Below are positions 28,545 to 38,128 of a DNA stretch of 64,000 nucleotides, piece by piece. A program made the translations under genes and the position numbers. Source of the DNA: Candidatus Bathyarchaeia archaeon. Its GTDB lineage: Archaea; Thermoproteota; Bathyarchaeia; Bathyarchaeales; Bathycorpusculaceae. The stretch's first letter is position 1. Every line of letters starts with the position of its first letter. The DNA is taken from the NCBI GenBank assembly GCA_038882975.1, contig JAVZNE010000002.1:192023-256022 (forward strand), written 5' to 3'. A model generated the notes under the pieces. The model was not told the DNA's origin. It saw only the letters and a program-made list of their open reading frames with translations, and did not search any database.

Positions 28545-29834
28545 TTACCTTTTCGGCTCTATCTTTTCCAAGCCGCCCATATACTTTCTTAAAACTTCTG
28601 GAATAACCACTGAACCATCCGCTTGCTGATAGTTTTCCAGTATAGCCACAATGGTTCTTCCAGTGGCTAGGGCTGTGGAGTTAAGTGTATGCACAAAACC
28701 TTTTGGCGGCTCACCTTCTTTTTCCCTATACCTAATATTTAATCGCCTAGCTTGATAATCAGTGCAGTTGCTGCATGAAATTATCTCTCTGTAGGCGTTT
28801 TGCGCCGGCATCCAAACCTCAATATCATATTTTTTGGCGGCAACCGTTCCAATGTCGCCAGTGCAGACGTTCACAACGCGGTATGGCAAGCCGAGCTTTT
28901 GGACAAGTTCCTCAGCGTTTCTGATGAGCTCTTCATGGAACTTCCATGAGTCTTCTGGTTTGCAGAATATGAACTGCTCAACCTTGTTGAATTGATGGGT
29001 GCGGAAAATCCCACGGGTGTCTTTGCCATGAGCACCCGCCTCCTTTCTGAAGTTTGGGCTTATACCAACAAATTTTATGGGCAAATCTTCAGCTTTCAAA
29101 ACTTCGTCCATAAACATTGCCGCCATCGGATGCTCAGAAGTTGCGATCAAGTATAGGTCTTCATCTTCAATTTTGTAGAGGCTGTCTTCGAAGTCGCTGA
29201 GGGCTGTGACTCCCTCATAAGGTTTACGCCTCATCATAAAGGGCGGTTCTATGGGAGTGTAACCCTTCCTAACCATCTCCTCAAGTGCAAAGTTCAACAA
29301 GGCAATGTCAAGCAGGACGCCTTCACCTTTAAGGTAAAAGAATCTCGCCCCAGCAATTTTTCCAGCCCTTTCAATGTCCATTATGTCCAGACTTAAACCA
29401 AGCTCAATATGATCTTTAACTGGAAAGTTGAAGCGTGGTATTTCCCCCCATGTCCTCACGGTAACATTGTCATGTTCATCCTTACCTATCGGAACAGAAT
29501 CGTGCAAGAGGTTTGGAAGCCTCATAAGATAGTGGCGAACTTTCTCCTCGTATTCGCCGACCAACTGCTCCAAGTTTGCTATTTCCTTGTCTATTTCCTT
29601 AGCCCTGAGTACCACCGCAGCAGTGTCCATTCCTTTCTTTTTTAAAGATGCAATTTCCATTGTTATGCGGTTTCTCTCTCGTCGCAAGTCATTAAGCCTT
29701 GTTAAGTGCTGGCGCCAAAGCTTATCGCATTCGATCAGCTCATCAAGCATTCTTAAAAATTCAGGCTCGCCTCTTCTCCGCAAGTTTTCTCTTACAAATT
29801 CAGGTTTTTCTCGAATCAACTTTATGTCCAGCAT
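28545..29834 (-). CDS. serS: Serine--tRNA ligase
   Basis: MLDIKLIR, ATSEHP, FRKEAG, SCSNCTDYQARRL, HTLNST. Confidence 0.97.
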   Translation of the reverse strand: MLDIKLIREKPEFVRENLRRRGEPEFLRMLDELIECDKLWRQHLTRLNDLRRERNRITMEIASLKKKGMDTAAVVLRAKEIDKEIANLEQLVGEYEEKVRHYLMRLPNLLHDSVPIGKDEHDNVTVRTWGEIPRFNFPVKDHIELGLSLDIMDIERAGKIAGARFFYLKGEGVLLDIALLNFALEEMVRKGYTPIEPPFMMRRKPYEGVTALSDFEDSLYKIEDEDLYLIATSEHPMAAMFMDEVLKAEDLPIKFVGISPNFRKEAGAHGKDTRGIFRTHQFNKVEQFIFCKPEDSWKFHEELIRNAEELVQKLGLPYRVVNVCTGDIGTVAAKKYDIEVWMPAQNAYREIISCSNCTDYQARRLNIRYREKEGEPPKGFVHTLNSTALATGRTIVAILENYQQADGSVVIPEVLRKYMGGLEKIEPKR

Positions 29835-29845
29835 CTTGAAACCAA

Positions 29846-30106
29846 CTATTCAAGTTTCCGCGCAGTTTTTAGAGTTTTCTCCGCCAATGAAATGGCAAAA
29901 AGCAAATCGTCAATCGTTGCAATGAAAGTTTGAAGCTTCCCCCTACATTTTATGTGCGTAATAACGTCTCTGCCTTCCCTTTTTGTTTCAATAGACAGGC
30001 CGAGCGGGGCTTTAAAGTTGTCCGGAGAAACAGCTTTCGCAACCGCTCCGGCGCTTTCAACATCATCATAACTAATTGTGATTTCAGCTTCCAATCTTCT
30101 CCCCAA
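29846..30106 (-). CDS. pcc1: KEOPS subunit Pcc1
   Basis: Size, AVSPDN and TIDDLL motifs, and the conserved position between the DHH gene and rps3ae. Confidence 0.8.
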   Translation of the reverse strand: MGRRLEAEITISYDDVESAGAVAKAVSPDNFKAPLGLSIETKREGRDVITHIKCRGKLQTFIATIDDLLFAISLAEKTLKTARKLE

Positions 30107-31574
30107 CTAGCTGCTTCCCAACAAGTTCGTTGACGAGTTTTATGAAAGTTTCCACATTTTCTATTGGAACTTGGGCACCGGCGGCCACATTATGACCTCC
30201 ACCTTTCCCTAGGCATTTTTCAGCCGCCACTTGCATAACCTCGCCAAGATTTACGCCTTTGTAGGCTACTGTGTCTATGGTTCTTGCAGAAACCTTTACG
30301 ATTCCCTCTTCCTTGACGTCTGCGTAAGCTATTAATGGTTTCTCTGGGTTTGGGAGGCTCGTTGTAAGAATCGACGAGATTGCCCCAACAATCTTGTCAT
30401 CTATAAAATCCTCACCGTAAACAATGTAAATGTTTTCCATCTCCCTTATCCTTTCAGGCTTCTCCATAATCCAGCCCAAATACCTATTAATTGTCCGCCT
30501 ATACTCCTCAAGGATTCTGCTGGCTTCCTCTAGGGCAGCTCCTCTATCACCCATGCAAACCGCAACGCCAACGCCAGGCTTATCCATGCGACCAGCAGCG
30601 TTAAGCAGAACAGCAAACTCTCTTCCATCCCTAAGCGGTGTCCAAGGCTCCTCCTTTCTGAGAATGTAGACATGTCCTATAAGGTTTGATATTTCATAAT
30701 GCAGTCCCTTTGAGAGCATGTACTCTGCCAGTGCTGAGCAGAGCCTTCGCTTTTCGTCCTCTGAAAGATCTCTTAAAGCTCGCCACTTATCGCCATGCTT
30801 CGGCTTTATGTCAATACTTGCTAAAAATGCCAAACTTTTATCTTCTTCTCCACTTATGCCCGGAATAAACGGGTTTGTTGTAGACGCCAAGGTTTTGTGG
30901 ATTGGGCGGGTTTCTCTACCGAAAAATATCAAGTCCTTCTCAACAGTCAGCAACCCTTGGCTTTTCGCGTCTTCAACTATTTTCTCGTTGAGCCCTCCAA
31001 GCATTCTTTGGTCATATTTGTCTTGTAGGTCTCCAAGCGCCCCAACAACGGCTATTGGAGCCAAATCCGTATTCACCTTATCAATTGCTCTAGCCACGAA
31101 GTAGGCTAATCCGGCGCTGCTAATGTCTCGCGCTCCATCAATGCCGAACAAGTGGGGGTTAACACATGGAAAATCACCGCTCAGTTCTCCGCCAAGCTGG
31201 TGGTGGTCTAAAACAGCGACCGTTACGTCTTTGGTTTTTTGTCTGAGCAAATTTGCATAATCACTTCCAAGGTCTATAAAAATAACCATTTGAGGCTTTT
31301 CTTGTAGTATTTCTGCCACCAGTTTTTCGTCAACCCACTGGGTTATTCTAATGCGGAATCTGGCGTCAAGTCTGTAAAGGGCTTTTCCAACAATGCCAGC
31401 GGCAGCGACACCGTCAGCATCCAAATGCGAGAAAACATGAATGTAACCACCCTCTTTAACAGCATCCAAAATTGTTTGGGCAGCATCAGAAACGCTTTCG
31501 AAGAATTTTGCAGTTTGTTTTTCGTCCACTCCCATTTCCATCACAATGTAATGCGCGATTAGAATTAAGGGCAA
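30084..31574 (-). CDS. DHH-family phosphoesterase (RecJ-like)
   Basis: HLDADG, DLGS, DHH, GGGHNVAAGA. The true start is probably slightly downstream (MEMG). Confidence 0.9.
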   Translation of the reverse strand: MPLILIAHYIVMEMGVDEKQTAKFFESVSDAAQTILDAVKEGGYIHVFSHLDADGVAAAGIVGKALYRLDARFRIRITQWVDEKLVAEILQEKPQMVIFIDLGSDYANLLRQKTKDVTVAVLDHHQLGGELSGDFPCVNPHLFGIDGARDISSAGLAYFVARAIDKVNTDLAPIAVVGALGDLQDKYDQRMLGGLNEKIVEDAKSQGLLTVEKDLIFFGRETRPIHKTLASTTNPFIPGISGEEDKSLAFLASIDIKPKHGDKWRALRDLSEDEKRRLCSALAEYMLSKGLHYEISNLIGHVYILRKEEPWTPLRDGREFAVLLNAAGRMDKPGVGVAVCMGDRGAALEEASRILEEYRRTINRYLGWIMEKPERIREMENIYIVYGEDFIDDKIVGAISSILTTSLPNPEKPLIAYADVKEEGIVKVSARTIDTVAYKGVNLGEVMQVAAEKCLGKGGGHNVAAGAQVPIENVETFIKLVNELVGKQLVGEKIGS

Positions 31575-31601
31575 TTAGGTTGATGGGCAAGATGTTTAAG
31601 T

Positions 31602-32042
31602 TTAGGCTATTGACGCTATTTTCGGCTCGTACTTCCAGTTTGGGGGCAAAACGCCCTCACGCTTATAATATCTCGCAAGCTTGTGAATTTTCGCCTCCAC
31701 AAGCTGTAAAGCCCTTTTATTATGCAAGTCCTTCCTATGCTTTTCAAGGTGGGCTGAAAGTCTCGCAGCCTTTCTAAGCAAGTTTCCAAGGTCTTCCGGT
31801 ATCGAAGGGGCAAGTTCAGCCTCCTTAAGAATTTGGGTTATGGTCTTACCTGTTAAGGGCTTAACTAATGGAATGGCGTACTGATCCCTTAAAATTGTTC
31901 CTATGCGGCTTGGCGGATGGCCTTCCCTTGCCAGCTTTATGACCAGTGCTTCCACTTCTTCTGGCTGGTATTTGCACCAGCTTGGGGGACGTTTGCTAAC
32001 CGGTCTGGTTGAATGGGATTTGCCCTTTTCCTGTTTCGGCAT
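31602..32042 (-). CDS. rps15: 30S ribosomal protein S15 (uS15)
   Basis: GKSHSTRP, IGTILRDQY, IPEDL, KIHKLARYYK. Confidence 0.95.
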   Translation of the reverse strand: MPKQEKGKSHSTRPVSKRPPSWCKYQPEEVEALVIKLAREGHPPSRIGTILRDQYAIPLVKPLTGKTITQILKEAELAPSIPEDLGNLLRKAARLSAHLEKHRKDLHNKRALQLVEAKIHKLARYYKREGVLPPNWKYEPKIASIA

Positions 32043-32142
32043 ACCACCTATCCCTTTCAGTTTTGTAAGAGCGATGTTAGACGGATATTTAAGACCTTCG
32101 ATCCTCGTTTCCACATAAATTTTACCTGAAAAGCGACTTAAA

Positions 32143-32742
32143 CTATTCGCCTAAACCTTTTAGGCTTTTATACCATTTTGCAAACCTTCGAAAGGCCCTT
32201 GCCCTATGGGAATATTTGTTCTTTTCGGTGATACTCATTTCAGCGAAGGTTTTTGGGCTGTTGGCTGGCTTAAATATTGGGTCAAAACCAAAGCCGAAAT
32301 GGCTTTCTTTCCGCAACTCTCTAGTTATCTCCCCCACAACTTCTCCCTTAAAGCATATTGGGGCGTCGAGTTCTTCGGAGACGTATGCCACCACCGACTG
32401 AAACTTTGCCTTCCTGTTGGCGCTTTTCTCCATAAGCCTCAGCAAACCCTCATTGCCTATGGTCTTGTAAACATAGGAGGAGTAGGGTCCCGGAAAACCA
32501 TTTAAGGCTTCAACGAATAAGCCGGCGTCCTCAACTATAAGGGGGAGACCGCACTGTTTGTAGGCATGGATGGCGCTTGTTTTTGCGATTTCTTCAAGGC
32601 TTTCGCTTTGAATCTCAAGGGTTTTAATCCTTATCATGCCCACGGCTATTTTATAGCGGCTTAAAACCTTGCGGGCTTCGTTAAACTTGTTGACGTTGTT
32701 TGTTGCAAAGAATATTACTTTACCCTTTAATTGAAAGCTCAT
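32143..32742 (-). CDS. rdgB: Non-canonical purine NTP pyrophosphatase (Ham1/RdgB)
   Basis: TNNVNK, EDAGL..LNGFPGPYS, GFGFDPIF, SHR. Confidence 0.93.
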   Translation of the reverse strand: MSFQLKGKVIFFATNNVNKFNEARKVLSRYKIAVGMIRIKTLEIQSESLEEIAKTSAIHAYKQCGLPLIVEDAGLFVEALNGFPGPYSSYVYKTIGNEGLLRLMEKSANRKAKFQSVVAYVSEELDAPICFKGEVVGEITRELRKESHFGFGFDPIFKPANSPKTFAEMSITEKNKYSHRARAFRRFAKWYKSLKGLGE

Positions 32743-33146
32743 GGCGGTTCACGTTTCTTTTTAGCCCCTTCGGCAGACACGCTAAAGTATTTTTCCCAAT
32801 TAATCTGCACAATTTCTAAAATGTTTCCGTCGGGATCCGTGAATGTGGCTTGTTTTCCACCCCAAGGCTCTTCATGTAACCCCTTAACAAACTTCACGCC
32901 TTTGCTCTTTAATTCTTTATAGAATTTTTCAACATCATCCACCAAAAACTCCACAGACGGCGAGAGTGAAGCACGTTCCCCCTTCTTAAGTTTTGGAATA
33001 AGCCCTATCTCGACCCCGCCGCACTCGAAACCAACATAGCTTGAATACTCATATTTCTTTTCTAAGCCAAGGATTTCCTCATAAAATTGCGCCGCTTTCT
33101 TCAAGTCTGAAACGTAGAAGGTTATGCACCAAACGGTTTTTATCGT
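32739..33146 (-). CDS. VOC/glyoxalase-family protein; probable non-canonical ACG start
   Basis: FYEEILGL, PWGG...FTDPDGN. The first beta strand (IKTVWCITFYVSDL) lies upstream of the ORF-track TTG at 33104. Confidence 0.85.
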   Translation of the reverse strand, partial: TIKTVWCITFYVSDLKKAAQFYEEILGLEKKYEYSSYVGFECGGVEIGLIPKLKKGERASLSPSVEFLVDDVEKFYKELKSKGVKFVKGLHEEPWGGKQATFTDPDGNILEIVQINWEKYFSVSAEGAKKKREPP

Positions 33147-33148
33147 GT

Positions 33149-33811
33149 TTATTCACCTCTTCTTTCGGCTATGTAGCGTCCTCTTCTCTCTATTTCCTTT
33201 ATTTTATCTAAAACATTTTTCACCTCGTCAGTCCCTAAAATGCTTGCATAACCCTCAATTACGGCGTCAAAACATTTTTCTGCAAACTGGAAATGTGTGC
33301 TTTGTAACGCTCTTTTCATGAGGTGTAAATCCACACCTCTTGCTTCAAGCTCCTTTGTTTTTTCGCCGAGCCCAAAATCTAAAAAGAAGATTTTCCCTTC
33401 GGGAGTTTGAATCATGTTGGAGGTTGTTAAGTCGCCGTGAATTATCCCGTTTTTGTGGAGTTTACCAATTAGTTCGCCTATTTTACGGCATAACGTCTGC
33501 CTTGTGCTTTCAGAAACTTTGGCTAACAACTTTTTTACTTGTTCGCCCTCTATGAACTCCATTATGATTGTGGCGTCTTTCATGTCAACTAAATAAATTG
33601 TCGGTGTTGGCACACCAGCCTTTTTGGCCTCGTGCATCAGTTGGGACTCGTGAATTGTTCTATAGGCTCTTATCTTTTCGTCTAAAGCCGAGACCCTATA
33701 CTTTTTTGGCAGCCGCCTCTTCATCACCACCTTTCTTCCATGCCAGTCTGCAAGATACAAGCATGCTTCAGCTCCTCTTTTAATTAGCCTCGGCTGGCTT
33801 ATTTCACCCAA
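33149..33811 (-). CDS. bud32: KEOPS kinase/ATPase Bud32
   Basis: GAEA, HGDLTTSN, DFGL, VDLHL. Confidence 0.95.
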   Translation of the reverse strand: MGEISQPRLIKRGAEACLYLADWHGRKVVMKRRLPKKYRVSALDEKIRAYRTIHESQLMHEAKKAGVPTPTIYLVDMKDATIIMEFIEGEQVKKLLAKVSESTRQTLCRKIGELIGKLHKNGIIHGDLTTSNMIQTPEGKIFFLDFGLGEKTKELEARGVDLHLMKRALQSTHFQFAEKCFDAVIEGYASILGTDEVKNVLDKIKEIERRGRYIAERRGE

Positions 33812-34815
33812 GGAACTTCAACCTCTTCAAGCCGCCACCTCAACTTTACAAAGCTCTCATGGATCGGCGTTGCCACTCCGTGGGTGAAGGCTAAAACACC
33901 AGTCCAAGCTATCATGGCGCCGTTGTCTATTGCGAATTGGCTTGGCACAACACAGAATTTGGCGTCATGCTCCTCAGCTATTGCCTTGATCATTTCTTGA
34001 AGTCTTTTGTTGGCTGCTACACCGCCCGTTAACAGAACCTCCCTTTTTTCTGTGTGGGCTAGGGCTCTTTCTGTGACTTCTGTGACCATGGAGAAGACTG
34101 TTTCTTGGAGACTATGGCATAAGTCTTCCAGCCTTTCACCCTTCTTCAGCAAATTAACCGCCGCCGTGAGCAAGCCGCTGAAGGACATGTCCATGCCCTT
34201 CACGGTATATGGCAATGGAATAAGTCTTCGTCCACCCTTAGCGAGTTTTTCCACAACAGCTCCGAAGGGTTCGCCCGGTTTTTGTCGTAAGCCAGCTTCT
34301 CTTGCGAATACGTCTAGGCAGTTTCCAAGGGCTATGTCCAATGTTTCGCCGAAAACCCTATAGCGTCCAGAATCAAAAGCCGCCACTATAGTATTCCCGC
34401 CAGAAACATAAAGCGTGACAGGGTCAACAGCACCAGTTTCTAATTTGCCTATTTCTATGTGCGCCACACAGTGGTTGACGCCAACCAGAGGGACGCCTAA
34501 ATAAGAGGCTAGGGCTCTTGCGACAGTGGCGCCAGTTCTAAGGCATGGACCTAAACCCGGACCCTGAGAGAAAGCTATGACCGTTATGTCTTTTGGTTTT
34601 ATTCCAGCCTTTTGGAATGCCTCTTCCAGAACCCTGTTTGCAACTTCGGCATGGTGTCGCGCGGCCTCCCTTGGGTGTATCCCGCCTTCTGGAGGCATGT
34701 AAGCGCTTATCACGTTTGCCAAAATTTCTCCTTTAAAGGTGGCTATTCCAACACCGAAGTCGTCTGCTGTGCTTTCAATGCCTAGACAGTAACCCTCCAC
34801 TGTTTTTGCAGACAC
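33799..34815 (-). CDS. kae1: tRNA N6-threonylcarbamoyltransferase Kae1
   Basis: GIESTA, GGIHPREAARHH, NHCVAHIE, GETLD, DNGAMIAW. Confidence 0.96.
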   Translation of the reverse strand: MSAKTVEGYCLGIESTADDFGVGIATFKGEILANVISAYMPPEGGIHPREAARHHAEVANRVLEEAFQKAGIKPKDITVIAFSQGPGLGPCLRTGATVARALASYLGVPLVGVNHCVAHIEIGKLETGAVDPVTLYVSGGNTIVAAFDSGRYRVFGETLDIALGNCLDVFAREAGLRQKPGEPFGAVVEKLAKGGRRLIPLPYTVKGMDMSFSGLLTAAVNLLKKGERLEDLCHSLQETVFSMVTEVTERALAHTEKREVLLTGGVAANKRLQEMIKAIAEEHDAKFCVVPSQFAIDNGAMIAWTGVLAFTHGVATPIHESFVKLRWRLEEVEVPWVK

Positions 34816-34910
34816 TCGAGGCGCCTCTTTTCCACCTAAATTATTTTATCTTTGAACAAGCATATTTTATTTGAGAACACCTATATATCTGCGTGGAAAC
34901 GGAGAGAAAG

Positions 34911-35288
34911 ATGCCAAAACATAACGATTTGGAGCAAAAGGCTCTCCAAATAATAATGAGTTCTGGAAATGAGGGTTTGTCCCAGTCTGAGTTATGGCGA
35001 AAACTCGGAGCCAGCAGCAGAGAAGGCTCAAGGATAGCTCTAAAGCTCGAAAATAAGGGCTTGATACGCAGAGAAAGGGAACTACGCAACGGAAGGTGGA
35101 CTTATAGGCTTTATCCAAAAAGGCTTCCAGCATCAATAGACTCAATAGTCGACTGCCCATGCATGATGTGCCCGGATGCGCCAAGATGCGGACCTACAGG
35201 CGCAATAACACCGCAAGGATGTGAAAAACTGACGGATTGGATTATACGCCTAAGCGAGGGCGAGTACAAAATATTAGGTGACAGCTAG
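34911..35288 (+). CDS. TFE-beta / Rpc34-like transcription factor (wHTH + Fe-S domain)
   Basis: GLSQSELWRKL wHTH and C-terminal PCMMCP...C...ITPQGC..L..W. Confidence 0.85.
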   Translation: MPKHNDLEQKALQIIMSSGNEGLSQSELWRKLGASSREGSRIALKLENKGLIRRERELRNGRWTYRLYPKRLPASIDSIVDCPCMMCPDAPRCGPTGAITPQGCEKLTDWIIRLSEGEYKILGDS

Positions 35289-35290
35289 TT

Positions 35291-35899
35291 TTGCCTAAAG
35301 CATGGATACAAGAACGAAAAAGAGACTATTATTATCGAAAAGCGAAAGAAGAGAAATACCGTTCAAGGGCAGCCTACAAACTCTTTCAAGCTGTAGAAAA
35401 ATACCACTTCATTAGGGATAGCAACGTTGTCGTCGACTTGGGCGCCGCCCCAGGCGGATGGACACAAGCCGCAGGAAAAATCGTTGGGGCTAAGGGCTTT
35501 GTTTTGGGAGTCGACATAAAGCCGATAGAACCCTTTCCAGATAGAAACATTAGAACCATAATAGGTGACATAACAGAGCCTGACATCACAAAGCAAATTT
35601 TGGATATGCTGCCTAGAAAAGCGGACGTCGTTATTTCGGATGTCTCGCCGAACATTTCTGGGATATGGGAGCTTGACCACGCTCGCCAAGTAGACCTTGC
35701 ACAAAAAGCACTTGAAATAGCCTTGGAAACCCTAAAGCCCGGCGGAAACTTTTTCGTTAAAGTTTTCCAAGGAGATATGTTAAACGACTTCATAAGCATG
35801 GTTAAACAACACTTCGAAGATGTAAAGGTAATAAAGCCCAAAGCAAGCAGAGCGAAAAGTTCTGAGATTTTCGTTTTAGGAATTCGCTTGAAATGCTGA
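35291..35899 (+). CDS. rlmE: 23S rRNA U2552 2'-O-methyltransferase
   Basis: YRSRAAYKL, DLGAAPGGW, KVFQG, ASRAKSSE. Confidence 0.95.
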   Translation: MPKAWIQERKRDYYYRKAKEEKYRSRAAYKLFQAVEKYHFIRDSNVVVDLGAAPGGWTQAAGKIVGAKGFVLGVDIKPIEPFPDRNIRTIIGDITEPDITKQILDMLPRKADVVISDVSPNISGIWELDHARQVDLAQKALEIALETLKPGGNFFVKVFQGDMLNDFISMVKQHFEDVKVIKPKASRAKSSEIFVLGIRLKC

Positions 35900-35942
35900 T
35901 GAGCGGTAGAGCTAAATCCCTTAAAACCCACTATATTATAAG

Positions 35943-36644
35943 GTGAAATGTTTGAATATAGTTGCTGCTGATTCTTCTGCTGCTATTTTAAATGAAAAAT
36001 TTGAGCCCTTATATATTGTGGCTACAGCCGCCGTTTTAGTTAAGCCTCCCTACAGAGAGCCAAGCGAGTGCTTGGCTGAACCGGTTTTTGTAAATGCTGA
36101 AGATAGCCACGAGGTTATAGTGCGTGAAGCCGAACTATGTAAACAGTTAGTTGCAAAAGTGGGAGCTGACGTGGTGCATCTTGACATATCTCTGGGAGCC
36201 ATATCCCTTGAACAGCTTTCACCCATACAATTTTCAAATTTGAAAATTTCCAGCAAAGCCAAAAGCAACCTAATAAAAATTCTCCCAAGACTTAGAAAAA
36301 TCGCAGGCGAAATAACACAAAAGTATGGCGTTGAGACACTGGCAATAGGGAAGGACAGCATTCCGGTAAGGGTGGCGGAGCTAACCGCCGGGGCTTACGC
36401 CGTAATATATGCATCTGAAAAAGCCGTAAGAGAAAACATCACGTTAATGCTTGGTTTGCCGCTGAAGTGCCAGCCAAAGTTCAAAGATAACATGGTTTAT
36501 GCTAATTCTTTGATGGCAGCTGAGCATGATGTAAGAGGGTACGCAGAAGACTCCGAAGAAATTTTGAAAAGGGTTAATATTGTAGAAATGCTAAATCCCT
36601 TTGCGAGAGGGTTTAGGGTACTAAAAATAAGCCTAAAACAATGA
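35943..36644 (+). CDS. DUF4152-like archaeal protein
   Basis: IVAADS, DVVHLD, AIGKDSIPVRVAEL, NPFARGF. Confidence 0.7.
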   Translation: MKCLNIVAADSSAAILNEKFEPLYIVATAAVLVKPPYREPSECLAEPVFVNAEDSHEVIVREAELCKQLVAKVGADVVHLDISLGAISLEQLSPIQFSNLKISSKAKSNLIKILPRLRKIAGEITQKYGVETLAIGKDSIPVRVAELTAGAYAVIYASEKAVRENITLMLGLPLKCQPKFKDNMVYANSLMAAEHDVRGYAEDSEEILKRVNIVEMLNPFARGFRVLKISLKQ

Positions 36645-36663
36645 TTGCTAGGAGATTTATGTA

Positions 36664-37224
36664 ATGCTTCGTGCTTGGGAAGAGCTTCCAGCAAGTGTAA
36701 AGAGAATTCTTACAGTAATTTTTTTTCTCCTAATATCGTTACTCATAACATTTGCAGGTGCATTGAAACCGCTAAACATGGAAGAGGCGGAGGAAATTAA
36801 TAAAGAGATGGAGAAGATACATAAATCGGTTTCAGAAGTAGACCTTTTTCGTGGAACAACCATAATCTTTGGGAACAACTTCGTTTTATGCCTTCTCTTC
36901 TTTGTACCATTTTTGGGGCCTATCTTCGGATTTAGCATATTATATAACACTGGGGTTGTGGTTGCCGCTCAAAGCGTGAGCGAGGGAGCAAATCCAGTGT
37001 TAGCTTTGCTTTCTCTTTTTATTTTCCCGTTTGCATGGATGGAGTTTCTGGCGTATTCTATAGCGTTTACTCAAAGTCTTTGGCTGATATTTCGAACCAT
37101 ACAAGGTGCGTGGAAAAAAGAACTCATAAACACATGTATTATGGTCACTATCTGTGCGGTAATCTTGTTAACAGCGGCAATTATTGAAATGGCAATAATC
37201 CAAGCCTTTACTGCGGCATCTTAA
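36664..37224 (+). CDS. SpoIIM-like integral membrane protein
   Basis: IFGNN, PFAWMEFLAY, AAIIE with multiple TM helices. Confidence 0.75.
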   Translation: MLRAWEELPASVKRILTVIFFLLISLLITFAGALKPLNMEEAEEINKEMEKIHKSVSEVDLFRGTTIIFGNNFVLCLLFFVPFLGPIFGFSILYNTGVVVAAQSVSEGANPVLALLSLFIFPFAWMEFLAYSIAFTQSLWLIFRTIQGAWKKELINTCIMVTICAVILLTAAIIEMAIIQAFTAAS

Positions 37225-38077
37225 AGCTTTTAATTTCTAAGCTTATATCCAAGGCCTTCGGACTGCCGGTTATTTCTCCAAGGCTAACAATGTCTACTCC
37301 TGTTGACACGTACGCCATGATGTTTTTGGCTGTTATCCCCCCGCTTGCTTCTAGCAGAACCTTTCCTAAAAAGCCAGCCTCCTTCAACCTTTCAATAGCC
37401 CTTTTTACTTGATTTGGCGAAAAATTATCCAACATTACAATGTCCGCTCCAGCTTTTGCTGCCGCCAAAGCCTCCTCAATACTTGATACTTCAACCTCAA
37501 GCCTCTTGCTGAAGGAAGCTTTTTCTTTAGCGGTTTTAACAGCCTTTTCAACGCTTCCAGCGATTTTAATGTGATTATCTTTTATCAGAATCATGTCATC
37601 CAAGTGAAGCCTATGAGTGTCGCCTCCGCCAAATAAAACAGCCTTTTTATCAAAGTACAACAGTCCGGGTGCAGTTTTTCGGGTACACGCTATTATAGTT
37701 TTATATCCAGCCCCTCTAACTTTCTCAACGAGTTTCCGTGTGGTTGTGGCTATGCCGCTCATTCTTGAAATAATGTTTAGTAGTGTTCGCTCCGCCGCCA
37801 ATATGGTTCTCGCGTCGCCGTAAATCTTCATCAAAACTTGCTTTGGCTTTATTTCCTCTCCGTCTTTAGTTAAAACCTTAAATTTTAAGCCTAGGCTTTT
37901 AAGGAGGGCTCCAGCTTCTTCGATTCCAGCAACCACTCCTCTTTCTTTTGCGATTATTTCTGCTTCAGCGTTGCATCTCTCTGGCACTATTAGGGTTGAG
38001 GTTATGTCTCCTTGTCCGATGTCTTCGGCTAGCATCTGCCTAAGTTTTTCCTCTAAAATTTTTCTTGATAGGAACAT
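37208..38077 (-). CDS. nadC: Quinolinate phosphoribosyltransferase
   Basis: EDIGQGDITS, TRKTAPG, HRLHLDD.ILIKDNH, EASGGI. Confidence 0.95.
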   Translation of the reverse strand: MFLSRKILEEKLRQMLAEDIGQGDITSTLIVPERCNAEAEIIAKERGVVAGIEEAGALLKSLGLKFKVLTKDGEEIKPKQVLMKIYGDARTILAAERTLLNIISRMSGIATTTRKLVEKVRGAGYKTIIACTRKTAPGLLYFDKKAVLFGGGDTHRLHLDDMILIKDNHIKIAGSVEKAVKTAKEKASFSKRLEVEVSSIEEALAAAKAGADIVMLDNFSPNQVKRAIERLKEAGFLGKVLLEASGGITAKNIMAYVSTGVDIVSLGEITGSPKALDISLEIKSFKMPQ

Positions 38078-38128
38078 ACTCCCAACTCTGGGTGCGGGCT
38101 TAAAAAGCATTTGCCCTTTTAGCTTATT

